A stretch of DNA of 63,985 bases, filler included, from Octopus bimaculoides (lineage: Eukaryota), in the NCBI RefSeq assembly GCF_001194135.2. It is 6 parts of 6 records of this genome, joined end to end, with 100 filler letters (N's around TTAATTAATTAA, not from the genome) between each part and the next. Parts side by side here need not be neighbours in the genome. Positions count along the whole stretch, not along the records: positions 1 to 14,862 come from NC_068983.1; 5 more parts are not named here. One strand, written 5' to 3'. Positions within the stretch are counted from its first letter, which is position 1. Each line of letters begins with the position of its first letter. A model generated the notes under the pieces. It was not told the DNA's origin and searched no databases. It saw only the letters and a program-made list of their open reading frames with translations. The position numbers were made by a program, and so were the translations under genes. Of the stretch, positions 1 through 11,258 are shown piece by piece.

Positions 1-96
1 AGAAGAAGAAGAAGAAGAAGAAGAAGAAGAAGAAGAAGAAGAAGAAGAAGAAGAAGAAGAAGAAGAAGAAGAAGAAGAAGAAGAAGAAGAAGAAGA
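1..96. repeat. (GAA)n microsatellite running off window start
   Basis: Perfect GAA array. Confidence 0.97.
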
Positions 97-407
97 GAGC
101 GGGAGATAGGTAGATAAGAAAACTTAATCTTCTAAAGTTGAAATAAGAAAAAGTCATCAAAAATATTCATTGGTTAAAAAATCTACAATGTCACTAAAAC
201 GGAACATGGAACCGGAACATGGAACCGGAACTCCGGAAGCAACTATTTTTGGTGGTTTTGTATTGGCTCAAGTTTTAAATCCGCATCCCAAAAATTTTAA
301 CTTTAATTCTTGAAAGGATTAGTAAAAATGTCATTAATTTAACATTTCTTCATATATACCATAAAAAGGAAGAGAAAAGAAAATGCTGTGGGTATGATAA
401 ACATATG

Positions 408-625
408 GCAGCGTGTTGGCAGAATCGTAAACACGCCGGGGAAAAATGCCTAGCGGCATCTCGTCTGTTTTTACGTTCTGAGTTCAAATTCCACCAAGGT
501 CGACTTTGCTTTCATCGTTTCGGAATCGATGAAAATATATACCAGCTGATAATTGGGGGCGATATAACCGTTTTACTCCTCCCTGAAGTTGTTGGGCGTG
601 TGCCAAAATTTGAAATTAATGTGAT
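408..625 (+). mobile_element. SINE family A, diverged monomer
   Basis: Matches in-window consensus ggcggcgagctggcagaatcgttagcacgccgggcgaaatgcttagcggtatttcgtc...ttctgagttcaaattcc; A-box-like and B-box-like motifs. Confidence 0.85.
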
Positions 626-839
626 AAACATATAGTGTACATTGTAGTGTTAAGGTACAAACAAGCCGAACTTGTGACTCGGTTTCATTTTGATAATTAT
701 TTTATTTGTGAAAGTATAGACCCATTACTAAATAACACTCTTATTTCTCTACTTGCCACATTAATCGGAACGTTGGTGTTTAATATTATTTAATTGCTTC
801 GCTTTACGTTCTGATTTGAGACCTTGACAAGATATTTCA

Positions 840-1768
840 CCATTTAACTACTGTGTTAAATTTAGTTGATTATTCCAACCCTGACAAACAAGTCATATTG
901 TTACGACGGTGGCCTAGAATTGACTCTGAGAATCGACGAGAATAGTCTGAATGGTCTCTTCCGGGTCGAAGATCATTAACAATTCCGAATAGTCTTTGGT
1001 ATGGTAGTGCTAGAGGGGAGCATTACTTGTTCGAGGCAAGCTCTTCAGGCATAGAAATGCCAACAGCCCAACCTGCCCGTAATGCATGCAATGGGACGTA
1101 TCCGACCTGCATGCAATCGTTCAGTGTCTGTGCATTAGAGACTTGTGGTCTTGTGTTGAGCAGTTGCCGTCTTATGTAAGACGAATCCAGCTGTCCGCTG
1201 AGCGTACAGAGGATATTGACGCACCAATTTCTTTTAGCAGAGCTGGAAGGTAGATCTTCCTCTGCTTAGTGACTATGGAAAAAAAAAAAAAGAAAAGGAT
1301 GTGTGGTGGACCCGTTTGAAATGTTTGAAGACGGGCACTTTGCTATCTGGTCAAGCTCTCATCAATTTCTTCAAATATCACTTGAAGAGATAGGTGAGAG
1401 GGAGGTGGTGCTTTCTAGTGTGTTTATCGAAAGGTGGACGAGAGCGGCAAGACCGCTAAGTCATAAATGGATCTACTCTGAGTTTGCTTTTCTAAGCAGG
1501 AGGAAAGAAACTGGAAGAGGGAACTTCCCATACCTTGGGGATGGCGGAGTTTTACTGCCCCGCTCTTGGGAATTCTATTTATTTATTAATTATTTCTCAT
1601 ATTACTATTTCTATACCCTTTGTTATATCCTTTAATTTTGTAGAGTCTACCTTTGATCGATATAAACCCCACCTGTTTTTGTGGGCTGTATCTCGTCCTT
1701 TGATATTGTCCTGCATGTCTTGGGCCCTAGTAGCCAATAAAAGAATTATTATTATTATTATTATTATT
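840..1768 (+). mobile_element. 5'-truncated L1/Tx1-like LINE: ORF2 C-terminus, 3'UTR and tail (pseudogenised)
   Basis: Manual translation across stops and frameshifts gives GALLVRGKLFRHRNANSPTCP*CMQWDVSDLHAIVQC (CxxC-H-C knuckle)...DLWSCVEQL...IFLCLVTM...VWWTRLKCLK...FIERW; T-rich 3'UTR, AATAAA at 1736-1741, (ATT)n tail 1745-1768. Confidence 0.75.
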
Positions 1769-1779
1769 GTCATTAGTGA

Positions 1780-2330
1780 GTGAGAAAGCAGTACATGCCA
1801 TCAAAGTGACACTGGCGTAAAATATACGAAGCCCAGTATATCCATCACGACTACCCGTCTGATAAGGGTACACCAGGCACATGCATCATAACCATATGTG
1901 CGCGATATGTGATCTCATATCAAGATTAACAGCACATGACCTTGCAAGTGGGACCCAGTTAGAATTTTCTTCAGTCAAGTAGCCCATCCCGCTTAAAAGG
2001 TCCCTGAATAAAGGTTGTTTAAGGATGTTGAACGAAACACCCATGCTTCCAAAGGTGAATTATCCAAACCCTAGAGAGTTTCTCTCAACACATGGCTATG
2101 ATGCTCCCCCACTACTTCTGTTCGTGATCAGAGATGCACATGTCGTCTGCCACTATGGGACATGCTCACCTTGTTAAGGTCAAACAACTGACAAGCAAAT
2201 CTGTGGTATTGAGCAGAATATTTACTGTAGTCCATCTTTTATACCAAGACAAAACAATGTACATGGTAACACTTCCAATCAGTTCAGATGAGAAGCCATG
2301 AGAGTCACTGCCTGATACTGCATCCGGGTA
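1780..2330 (+). repeat. Unclassified interspersed retroposon-like repeat ending in (TTA)n
   Basis: Complex non-coding 550 bp followed by a microsatellite tail; resembles a common octopus repeat from memory; only one copy in window. Confidence 0.35.
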
Positions 2331-2354
2331 TTTATTATTATTATTATTATTATT

Positions 2355-2442
<88 letters not shown>

Positions 2443-2477
2443 TTGTTGTTGTTGTTGTTGTTATTATTATTATTATA
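2331..2477. repeat. Compound microsatellite (TTA)n(TTG)n(CTG)n(TTG)n(TTA)n
   Basis: Directly visible. Confidence 0.95.
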
Positions 2478-2479
2478 AA

Positions 2480-2887
2480 GGCGGCGAGCTGGCAGAATCG
2501 TTAGCACGCCGGGTGAAATGCTTATTGGTATTTCGTCTGCCACTGCGTTCTGAGTTCAAATTCCGCCGAGGTCGACTTTGCCTTTCATCCTTTCGGGGTC
2601 GATAAATTAAGTACAAGTTACGCACTGGGGTCGATATAATCGACTTAATCCGTTTGCCTGTCCTTGTTTGTCCCCTCTGTGTGTAGCCCCTTGTGGGCAT
2701 TGAAGAAATAGGTATTTCGTTTACCGCTATGTTCTGAGTTCAAATTCCGCCGAGGTCGACTGTGCCTTTCACCCTTTCAGGGTCGATAAACTAAGTACCA
2801 GTGAAACACTGGGGTCGTTGTAATTGACTAGTCCCCTCCCACCAAAATTCAGGCTTTGTGCCTATAGTAGAAAGGATTATTATTATC
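2480..2887 (+). mobile_element. SINE family A dimer (full unit with tail 1 plus headless unit with tail 2)
   Basis: Two tandem body copies; junction gaaata|ggtatttcgt at about 2710; (ATT)n end. Confidence 0.9.
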
Positions 2888-3121
2888 TTATTGTCTTTGC
2901 ACAGCTTCTAACGCTGGAGATGTACTATGGTGCTAGCTGTTCATTACCAGGGATCTAAGATAACACCCCTCATTTTTCGAGCACCATCCAGAGTATTCGA
3001 GTGGTTTCAAGCAGTGTTGCTTTCTGCAAGTGCTCCACCCTTATTGCATCCCCTATTTGTTGCATGTACTTCTCAATATTTCTACTCAGCTCCCAAGGCT
3101 CCGACAATTATTGACACTACT
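2885..3121 (-). mobile_element. RLE-type (R4/Dong-like) non-LTR retrotransposon 3' fragment
   Basis: Minus translation VVSIIVGALG/..NIEKYMQQIGDAIRVEHLQKATLLETTRILWMVLEK*, typical RLE C-terminus; (AAT)n tail. Confidence 0.7.
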
Positions 3122-3131
3122 ACCACCTTTT

Positions 3132-3461
3132 ATTGTTATTATTATTATTGTTCAGTAGTTTTATTTTTATAACGTGCTTTCACTTCACTACCGAGCGCAG
3201 CTCTGTGCGCCTTGGGTATGTGCTGTGGTTTGCTGTGGTGCTCTTATGTTTACTGTATTGAAAGTGTTTTGCGTAGGATGTATGCAGTGCCCAGTAGTGC
3301 AATTTTCTGTATGTTATATATATTTGTAAGTCCTGGTGTTTTTGTTATGTATTTGTCTGAATATTTTTTTCATTATACCTAAGGTACCTACTATGATAGG
3401 AATTGTTTCTGTTTTTAGATTCCACATTCGAGTTACCTCTATTTCCAGGTCTTTGTATTTT
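3132..3461 (-). mobile_element. Second RLE-type (R4/Dong-like) 3' fragment of a different family
   Basis: Minus translation KYKDLEIEVTRMWNLKTETIPIIVGTLGIMKK...NIQKIALLGTAYILRKTLSIQ* (stop 3250-3252), short 3'UTR, (AAT)n tail. Confidence 0.8.
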
Positions 3462-3462
3462 G

Positions 3463-3463
3463 G

Positions 3464-3497
<34 letters not shown>

Positions 3498-3618
3498 AGT
3501 AATGTCGATGGTGGGGATGACGATGAAGATAATTGTTATGGTGATAATGATGAGAAGGAGAAGAAGGACAATGACAATGATGATGATGATGGTGGTGATG
3601 ATGATGATGGTGGTGATG
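3463..3618. repeat. (GAT)n-based imperfect microsatellite
   Basis: Directly visible. Confidence 0.9.
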
Positions 3619-3829
3619 AACTTGTCGACGTGGTTATTTTTTCCTGCGGTTACTTTTATTTTACAAGAATCGTTTCAGCACCAGTTTAATTAAGCAGTCA
3701 TTAGAACCTGCCCACTTTTCCCCCCTCACCAAAAATCCCACACCACACCACTACCATTATATCACATCAATCCCCGGGGCCCACCACTGCCCTCTACCCA
3801 TTACTAATACCCCCACCACGAGCAAAACT

Positions 3830-4221
3830 ACACTCCACCACCACCACCACCACCACCACCACCGNNNNNNNNNNNNNNNNNNNNNNNNNNNNNNNNNNNN
3901 NNNNNNNNNNNNNNNNNNNNNNNNNNNNNNNNNNNNNNNNNNNNNNNNNNNNNNNNNNNNNNNNNNNNNNNNNNNNNNNNNNNNNNNNNNNNNNNNNNNN
4001 NNNNNNNNNNNNNNNNNNNNNNNNNNNNNNNNNNNNNNNNNNNNNNNNNNNNNNNNNNNNNNNNNNNNNNNNNNNNNNNNNNNNNNNNNNNNNNNNNNNN
4101 NNNNNNNNNNNNNNNNNNNNNNNNNNNNNNNNNNNNNNNNNNNNNNNNNNNNNNNNNNNNNNNNNNNNNNNNNNNNNNNNNNNNNNNNNNNNNNNNNNNN
4201 NNNNNNNNNNNNNNNNNNNNN

Positions 4222-4296
<75 letters not shown>

Positions 4297-4449
4297 ACGT
4301 ATATGTGTATGTATGCATATGTATATATACTTACATATATGTATATATATATATATATATACGTATATATATATATATGTATGTATATATATACATATAT
4401 ATGTGTGTGTATATATATAAAAGCATATATATATGTATATAAATACATG

Positions 4450-4506
<57 letters not shown>

Positions 4507-4569
4507 NNNNNNNNNNNNNNNNNNNNNNNNNNNNNNNNNNNNNNNNNNNNNNNNNNNNNNNNNNNNNNN

Positions 4570-4633
<64 letters not shown>

Positions 4634-4835
4634 GGCACATTTGTAAATGAGTGTACGTGACCGCATGTATATAAGAAGGAGATAAATGGTAAAATGAGGA
4701 TAGAGAGGCGAAGAAAACACATACACACATGCACAACTTACACACACGTACACACACACACAACACTTACACATACATGCGCGCACACACACGTACACCT
4801 TACCCACGCACACAAGCACACACACACACGCACAC
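3830..4835. repeat. (CCA)n, (TG)n, (TA)n, (CA)n microsatellite block with two gaps
   Basis: Directly visible. Confidence 0.9.
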
Positions 4836-6019
4836 TTGCTTTCGTACAGTGTCAGTGACACCGAGCTTGTCTTAGTTTATCCACAAAATCGTTCGTCTTT
4901 AAACACTCACATTCGCCAAACTTTGAGGGTGTTTTCGTGAAACATGCACGAAATAGCAGCTTTCAATGAGGGGATTAGACAAACTTGTCACTGGCAACTA
5001 ACAACGTGTCATCAACTACCCGCTACCAGCACTATTATCAACATCACCATCAGTACCATCATTGTCATCATCCTCACCACGAAGCAACGGGACAGGTTCT
5101 AGTGGGATGTGTTCCTGGGTTCTAGAGAATGTGGTTCTGGATTCTCTGTAGAAAGAAAAAATACAGAACGGTCATTGTAGGAATGTTTATGATCACTAGT
5201 CTGCTATAATTACTGGTCTGCTGGAGCTAAGTAACAAAAACAATTAATAGCCATTGCCTAATTATAGAACCCACCGTCGCCAACGACGAAGCCTTTTCGT
5301 AGTCGTTCGATGTAAAAAAAATATCAGCCGAATCTCATTCAAATCGTAAAATGTCTTAAATAAGGAAATGGCATATTAAATAATAAGGAAATGGTCAGTA
5401 CTAAGAGGAAGTGGTCAGTAGTGGAACGTATGCTAGATCAGGGCTGAGCTGGTATTAAACAACACGAAAATATAGCCACCATCTCCATCTCTACAATTAT
5501 TACATCCTACCTGTAACCGCCTACAACTAAAATTACGACACACCACTACTACCACCCACCACTATCACCACAGTATATTGGTTTTTTAGTGCGGAATGTA
5601 TGCATTTCAGGCTCTTGCAAGGCAAGTACTTCCGGTCTTATGTTTTAATCCATATTTACAACGTGATAACTCAGGAAGTGAGGAGGGAGGGGAATGCTAA
5701 GAGAATCCAGATGGCAGTCCAGCATGGCCAAGAGGGGCTTGAGAAAATGTACTCCAAAGAGGTCTTAGCTAGAATGACATATAGCATATTGCTTCTCAGC
5801 TTTATCTACGGATCTGTATATGATCTGCCCTCGAATTCAAACCTGGTGAAGTGGGGAGGAATTAGGTAACCCTGTATGTCCACTCTGCCAAGACATACAA
5901 ATAGTGTGGTTTGCCCTGAGCCCATGCAAAGTAACGCTAGTTCAAGGAAGGTACACATGGAGGCACAATCAAAGGCTTAAAGAAGTCTTACGTACGATTT
6001 ATACTGCGAGAGGAAAAAC

Positions 6020-6237
6020 GAAGCCATCAGAAGCTCCAACAATATTTTTTACGACTGGAGACAAAAGATTATTGTCTGTAAAAACCATCAGAAGCTCCAA
6101 CAATATTTTTTACGACTGGAGACAAAATATTATTGTCTGTAAANNNNNNNNNNGACAAAAGATTATTGTCTGTAAAAACCATCAGAAGCTCCAACAATAT
6201 TTTTTACGACTGGAGACAAAAGATTATTGTCTGTAAA
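6020..6237 (+). repeat. 61-bp tandem minisatellite inside the HERO relic
   Basis: Unit ccatcagaagctccaacaatattttttacgactggagacaaaagattattgtctgtaaaaa starts at 6024, 6085 and 6179; small gap inside. Confidence 0.9.
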
Positions 6238-6438
6238 AGCTATTCGAAATATAAAAATACGATCTACCATTGGAGTGGATGACTGGAAGTGCTCAAAAGA
6301 CGTTCTAGAATGGATAAGAAATCAACATGTGGTACGATATTGTTCTCCACCTGCTTTCATCAAAATAAAAAATTGTGATTGGCCTCACTGAGCCATATGA
6401 AAGTAGACTAGAGGAAGCCTACATCTTAACTGAGAAAT

Positions 6439-6894
6439 GTTTGTTGTTTGTTGGTACTCCTTCGCTTACGACGTCGAGGGTTCCGGTTGATCCGATCAAC
6501 AGAACAGCCTGCTCGTAAAATTAACGTGCAAGTGGCTGAGCACTCCACACACACGTGTACCCTCAACGTAGTTCTCGGGGAGATTCAGCGTGACACAGTG
6601 TGACAAGGCTGACCCTTTGAATTACAAGCAGAACAGAAACAGGAAGTAAGAGTGAGAGAAAGTTGTGGTGAAATAGTACAGCAGGGTTCGCCACCATCCC
6701 CTACCGGAGCCTCGTGGAGCTTTAGGTGTTTTCGCTCAATAANNNNNNNNNNCGCCACCATCCCCTACCGGAGCCTCGTGGAGCTTTAGGTGTTTTCGCT
6801 CAATAAACACTCACAATGCCAGGTCTGGGAATCGAAACCGCGATCCTATGATCGCGAGTCCGCTGCCCTAACCACTGGACCATTGCGCCTCCAC
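6439..6894 (-). mobile_element. SINE family B, full length, with 12-bp TSD
   Basis: tRNA-like head gtggaggcgcaatggtccagtggttagg...ggtttcgattccc; (CAA)n tail; TSD taactgagaaat at 6427-6438 and 6895-6906. Confidence 0.93.
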
Positions 6895-7079
6895 TAACTG
6901 AGAAATATGGCTTCAATATTAAAAAGAAACACTTTCCCGAAACGTCACGAAGTTGTGAAACGGACTTCTTTACTACGCAGCCGGGCCTACTCTTTAAGCA
7001 TCTGTAATAGATACTTGGTTTCCACCTTGCCCATCATCGTTTCCTGTACACACTGGCTTGTAGTTGCTTAGGATGAGCC

Positions 7080-7540
7080 CCAAACACATCAATCCCTCCA
7101 ATGCCGAGCCAACAAAAGAACATCGATGTGATCGTACTATCTGCCAGAAATAACAACCAAATCTACCTCATATTACATCACACTTTACTACCTTAGAAAA
7201 AAGATACGTTCCATAAGTGTTTCGCGATTCCCTGCGCGTAGACAAAAGACTGGATAATGGCTGGAATGTCTTTTTTATCATAAGTATATCCGATCAAAAA
7301 ATACTTAAAGCGAAGCATAAGCAATAACAACAGCTAAGGTAGGCCACGGACACTCAACTTACTAAAAATAATAGTTAAGTATCCCTCAAATCACACAGTC
7401 TCCATCTTAGAAAAGGACACTTTGGTTAACGTGATCCTGGGTTTCTGCACATAGGAATAAAACAGGATGGTCGTGGCTGGGACGCATTTGATCATTGTTC
7501 GATTAGGATTAACCTGGGATTAAACAACAACAATAACACA
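7080..7540 (+). repeat. Two degenerate tandem copies of a retroposon 3' end (..gatcagggctgacctgggxtaaacaacaac type)
   Basis: Related tails at about 5430-5465, 7260-7330, 7460-7535 and 12390-12480. Confidence 0.45.
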
Positions 7541-7909
7541 CCATCTCACCAATAAAAACGGTGTAGATCAAAGACTAGTGGTACAACTTCTCCTTACCTG
7601 ACTAATTTTTTTTTAAATACGTGACAAATGTCACATCCTCAAAACAGAAAACACACACACGCAGAATTTTTTTTTTTTTTTTTTGAATTTTGCTGAATTT
7701 TACTCGATACATTTGACATTTATAAAATAATTGACCAATTCTAAACATCAAAACTAAAAATGATTCCTTTTTTTTTATTTAATTTGGAGAAAAACAACTT
7801 TAAATTTGAGTTACAAAGTAAAGCAACTGACTGGAATAAAAGGTTGTAATGTAGTCTATTCTACACGAATTGCCACCGTTTTTTCAGCTTTGTACTCTGG
7901 TAGGCAATG

Positions 7910-8330
7910 ATGACAGCAGAGGGGTGGGTGAAGTGGTGAAGTTGATGGTGGTGGTGGTGGGGGTAGTGGTGAGGATACTGATAATGATGTTAGGGTGGTG
8001 GCGGTCGTGGTGGTAGTTTTGGTGGTGGAGTGATTCTGGTAGCGTTAGTGATGTTTTGTTGGTCTTTGTGTTGAAGATAGTGGTAGCAGTAATATCTACT
8101 ATGATCGTGTATGGTGGTGATGCTGGTGATGCTAGTGATGCCGGTTCTGGTGCTACTGCTGCTACTGCTGCTACTTGTCGTTGTGCTCTGTTGGTATCGT
8201 TAATGTTGAAGGTAATGGGATCATGTTGATCGTGATGATAATGGTACTAGTGATGATGGTGCAGTGTTTGATGCTTTTGCTGATGTTGTTAATATGTACA
8301 GGTGGTTGTGTACGATGTATCCCATTTTTT
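7910..8330. repeat. Cryptically simple GGT/GAT/GCT trinucleotide region
   Basis: Low-complexity triplet mosaic. Confidence 0.8.
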
Positions 8331-8394
8331 AAGATGTTACGATGCTGGCTGCAAGGTTCATAGGCTGACTATGAAAGAGTGGTGCTAGATTGTT

Positions 8395-8535
8395 TACATT
8401 ATTTACATTTGACAGATATTTGTCCTTGTGTTATTTGTTGTTAACACAACGTTTCGGCTGATGTACCTTCCAGCCTTCATCAGGTGTCTTGGGGAAATTT
8501 CGAACCTGGGTTCTCATTCCTAAGGTATTTTTCGA

Positions 8536-8615
<80 letters not shown>

Positions 8616-8709
8616 TCATATGCCCACGGGCATATGGCGTAGTGGTTAAGAGCGCGGGCTACTAACCCCAAGATTCCTAGTTCGATTCCAAGCAAACATC
8701 GAAAAATAC
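8395..8709 (-). mobile_element. Hammerhead-carrying tRNA-SINE, copy 1: body on minus strand, head inverted
   Basis: 8395-8619 is the reverse complement of the 14480-14686 body; tRNA head on + at 8628-8694; junction hairpin catatgccc-ac-gggcatatg; 15-bp inverted repeat 8525-8539/8695-8709. Confidence 0.85.
8443..8488 (-). ncRNA. Minimal type-I hammerhead ribozyme motif (PLE-type)
   Basis: GACAC-CUGAUGA-A-GGCUG(GAAGGUACAU)CAGCC-GAA-ACGU-U-GUGUU: helix I, core, helix II, palindromic helix III. Confidence 0.8.
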
Positions 8710-8718
8710 TGTCTCTAA

Positions 8719-9815
8719 GGCGGCGAGCTGTCAGAGACGTTAGCACGCCGGGCGAAATACTTAGCGGTATTTCGTCTGCCGTTACGTTCTGAGTTCAAAT
8801 TCCGCCGAGGTCGACTTTGCCTTTCATCCTTTCGGGGTCGATAAATTAAGTACCAGTTACGCACTGGGGTCGATGTAATCGACTTAATCCCTTTGTCTGT
8901 CCTTGTTTGTCCCCTCTATGTTTAGCCCCTTGTGGGCAATAAAGAAATAAGAAACGTTAGCACGCCGGGCGAAATGCTTAGCGGTATTTCGTCTGTCTTT
9001 ACGTTCTGAGTTCAAATTCCTCCGAGGTCAACTTTGCCTTTCATCCTTTCGGGGTTGATAAATTAAGTACCAGCTGCGTACTGGGATCGATCTACTCCCC
9101 CCAAATTTCGGGCCTTGTGCCTAGAGTAGAAAAGAATATATACTGTCTCTGAAGAGTGGCGAGCTGGCAGAATCGTCAGAACTCCAGGAAAATTGCTTAA
9201 CGTCATTTCTTTCGACTTTCAGTTCTAAATTCAGATGCCACCGGGTTCAACTTTGCTTTCCATCTTATGGGGATCGATAAAATAAGTACCAGTTGAGCAC
9301 TAATTTTGATGTAATCGACTTATCCCTACCCCAAAATTGCTGGCATTGTGCTAAAATTTGAAATTAATATATACTGTCTCTAAGGCGGTGAGCCAGCAGA
9401 ATCGTCAGCACTCCGAACAAAATGCTTGGCGGCATTTCGTCCGTCTGTACGTTCTGAGTTCAAATTCCGTTAATGACGACTTTGCCTTTCACTCTTTCGG
9501 GGTCGATGAAATAAGTACTAACCATGCACTAAGATCGATGTTGGGTTTTCTAACTCTAAAATTTCAGGCCTTTTGTCTATAGTAGAAAGGCATACACACT
9601 ATCTCCTAAATGCGATGAGGTGGCAGAACGGTTAGCGCCTTCGCTAAAAATACTTTATTTATTGCGGCTCCTTAGGTTCTGGATTAAACTCTTGTCGTGG
9701 TCAACTTTACTTTCTATCCTTTTGATAAAATGAAATACCAGTCAAATACTGAGGATGATGACTAGCTTACCTGCCTCTAAAATTGCTAGCTTTGGACTAA
9801 AATTTGAAGCAAAGA
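8719..9815 (+). mobile_element. Head-to-tail array of about 5 SINE family A units
   Basis: Units start near 8719, 8950, 9155, 9381 and 9610; recurring linker atatactgtctctaa. Confidence 0.85.
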
Positions 9816-10309
9816 TATATACTGTTTATATATTTATTGTGTAAAATAAAATTGTCTCTCCGTATAGTTAAAGATACTGGTTGAGCACTTCGTAAACATG
9901 ATTTGATTTGATATAAACACATTTTAGTGTGCAACAACGAAAGAATTACTGCTAATCTTCCATGATATTGATACTGTGCACTAACTTATTAAAAATATGA
10001 TGTCTTAAATCAAATTATTAATATATTTTAACCTCGAATAGCTCCTGCACAATGTTTGTGGCTCTGTCCCATTCTCTGATTACAAAACATTTGCTTCATA
10101 TAGCAACACAACATACTGCGAAGCTTGCCTGAAAATATTTCTCTTGGAACATGAGACGTTTTGCAATTAGTTTTTCTGTCTGTTCATCATTCAGTTCTCA
10201 CTATTATGACAGGAACCGTAAGACAGAAGACACACTATATCAAGAACAAAAGTAAAAAATGTCAGTCATGTAAAACCAAGTGCTAAATCTCATTAGAAAT
10301 ATTGTACAG

Positions 10310-10503
10310 GCGGGCGAGCTGGCAGAAACGTTAGCACGCCGGGCGAAATGCTTAGAAGTATTTCGTCTGCCGTTACGTTCTCAGTTCAAATTCCGTCGGG
10401 GTCGATAAACTAAGTACTAGTTACGCACTGTGGTCGATGAAATCGACTTAATCACCTTGTTTGTCCCCTCTATGTTTAGCCCCTTGTAAGCAATAAAGAA
10501 ATA
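10310..10503 (+). mobile_element. SINE family A monomer (tail 1, internal deletion), 15-bp TSD
   Basis: TSD agaaatattgtacag at 10295-10309 and 10504-10518. Confidence 0.92.
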
Positions 10504-11258
10504 AGAAATATTGTACAGTTCTTGGCTAGCAAGGATTTTGAATAGTGTGAACTGCCAATTGCAATCCGAACTGTAGACGAGTGTCTTTTCAGACAACCAG
10601 GTAAGATATTCATCAATATATATATTAATGTGAGTTTAGAGGGATATAACATAAGGTCAGTTATGTTTCAACCAAAACTGAACCATCTTTATTTCGATTT
10701 GGCGTATTTAGGGTCCGATTAAACCAGTGTGTAACATATCTTTTTTTTTTTTTTTTTTTGGTTGTGGTGGGGGAATATATTAGGGCGTGATTTGAGGAAG
10801 ATTTGGCTGCTTTTTTTAGAAGATCGACCAGTCATATAACGGCTTCCTCATTGGCCTATGGCTATTTTTCTGTTTACACAGAAACTGGTATAAAACTAAT
10901 CGCAGCGCCAAGGCAGCCGAATAGAGTTTTTGATGTCACGTTGTGTCGGAAAGTGGAATACCAGACTAAAATGATTTTGTAATATTTAGTTACCTCTCTA
11001 TGTTCCAATGTCGATTTAAAGTTTTATCCTTTCATATCACCACTGTCTTTATATAAAAGTCAGAAATCAAAGAACGCACAATATTTTGAAATAAGTAGAG
11101 CAGGGCTAAAATATTTGGCAGTATTTAGTTACTCCTTTACGTTCTGAGTTCATACTTTGCTAGAGTCAGTTTTGTTATAAATCATTCCCTAAAAATCCAA
11201 GTCCTTATACCTACGTCAGATATTACACTCACTGAGTGATGAATGTAAATAAATAGAA

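Larger units (their letters stand above)
5600..7040 (+). mobile_element. HERO-like RLE non-LTR retrotransposon relic, interrupted by a minisatellite and a SINE
   Basis: Motifs SVYDLPSNSNLVKWG, PVCPLCQ, LSPCKVTLVQGRYTWRHNQRL and DIVL...IGLTEPYESRLEEA correspond to the YDxLP..NL..W / CxxC / QGRYxWRH / PD..ELTVPWE series of HERO-clade elements; many stops and frameshifts. Confidence 0.75.

Noticed and set aside
3757-4861. Long ORFs of IY/HT/CV dipeptides and X runs (also 20274-21929, 36496-37665, 42013-43026, 49878-51004, 57751-59025)
   Set aside because: Translations of dinucleotide microsatellites and N-gaps, not genes
6020-6237. CRISPR-like array
   Set aside because: Contiguous tandem units without unique spacers, eukaryotic context, no cas genes
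8628-8695. tRNA gene call for SINE heads (also 60431-60515, 6830-6894)
   Set aside because: A/B boxes are present but acceptor and anticodon stems are broken and the heads are fused to repeat bodies
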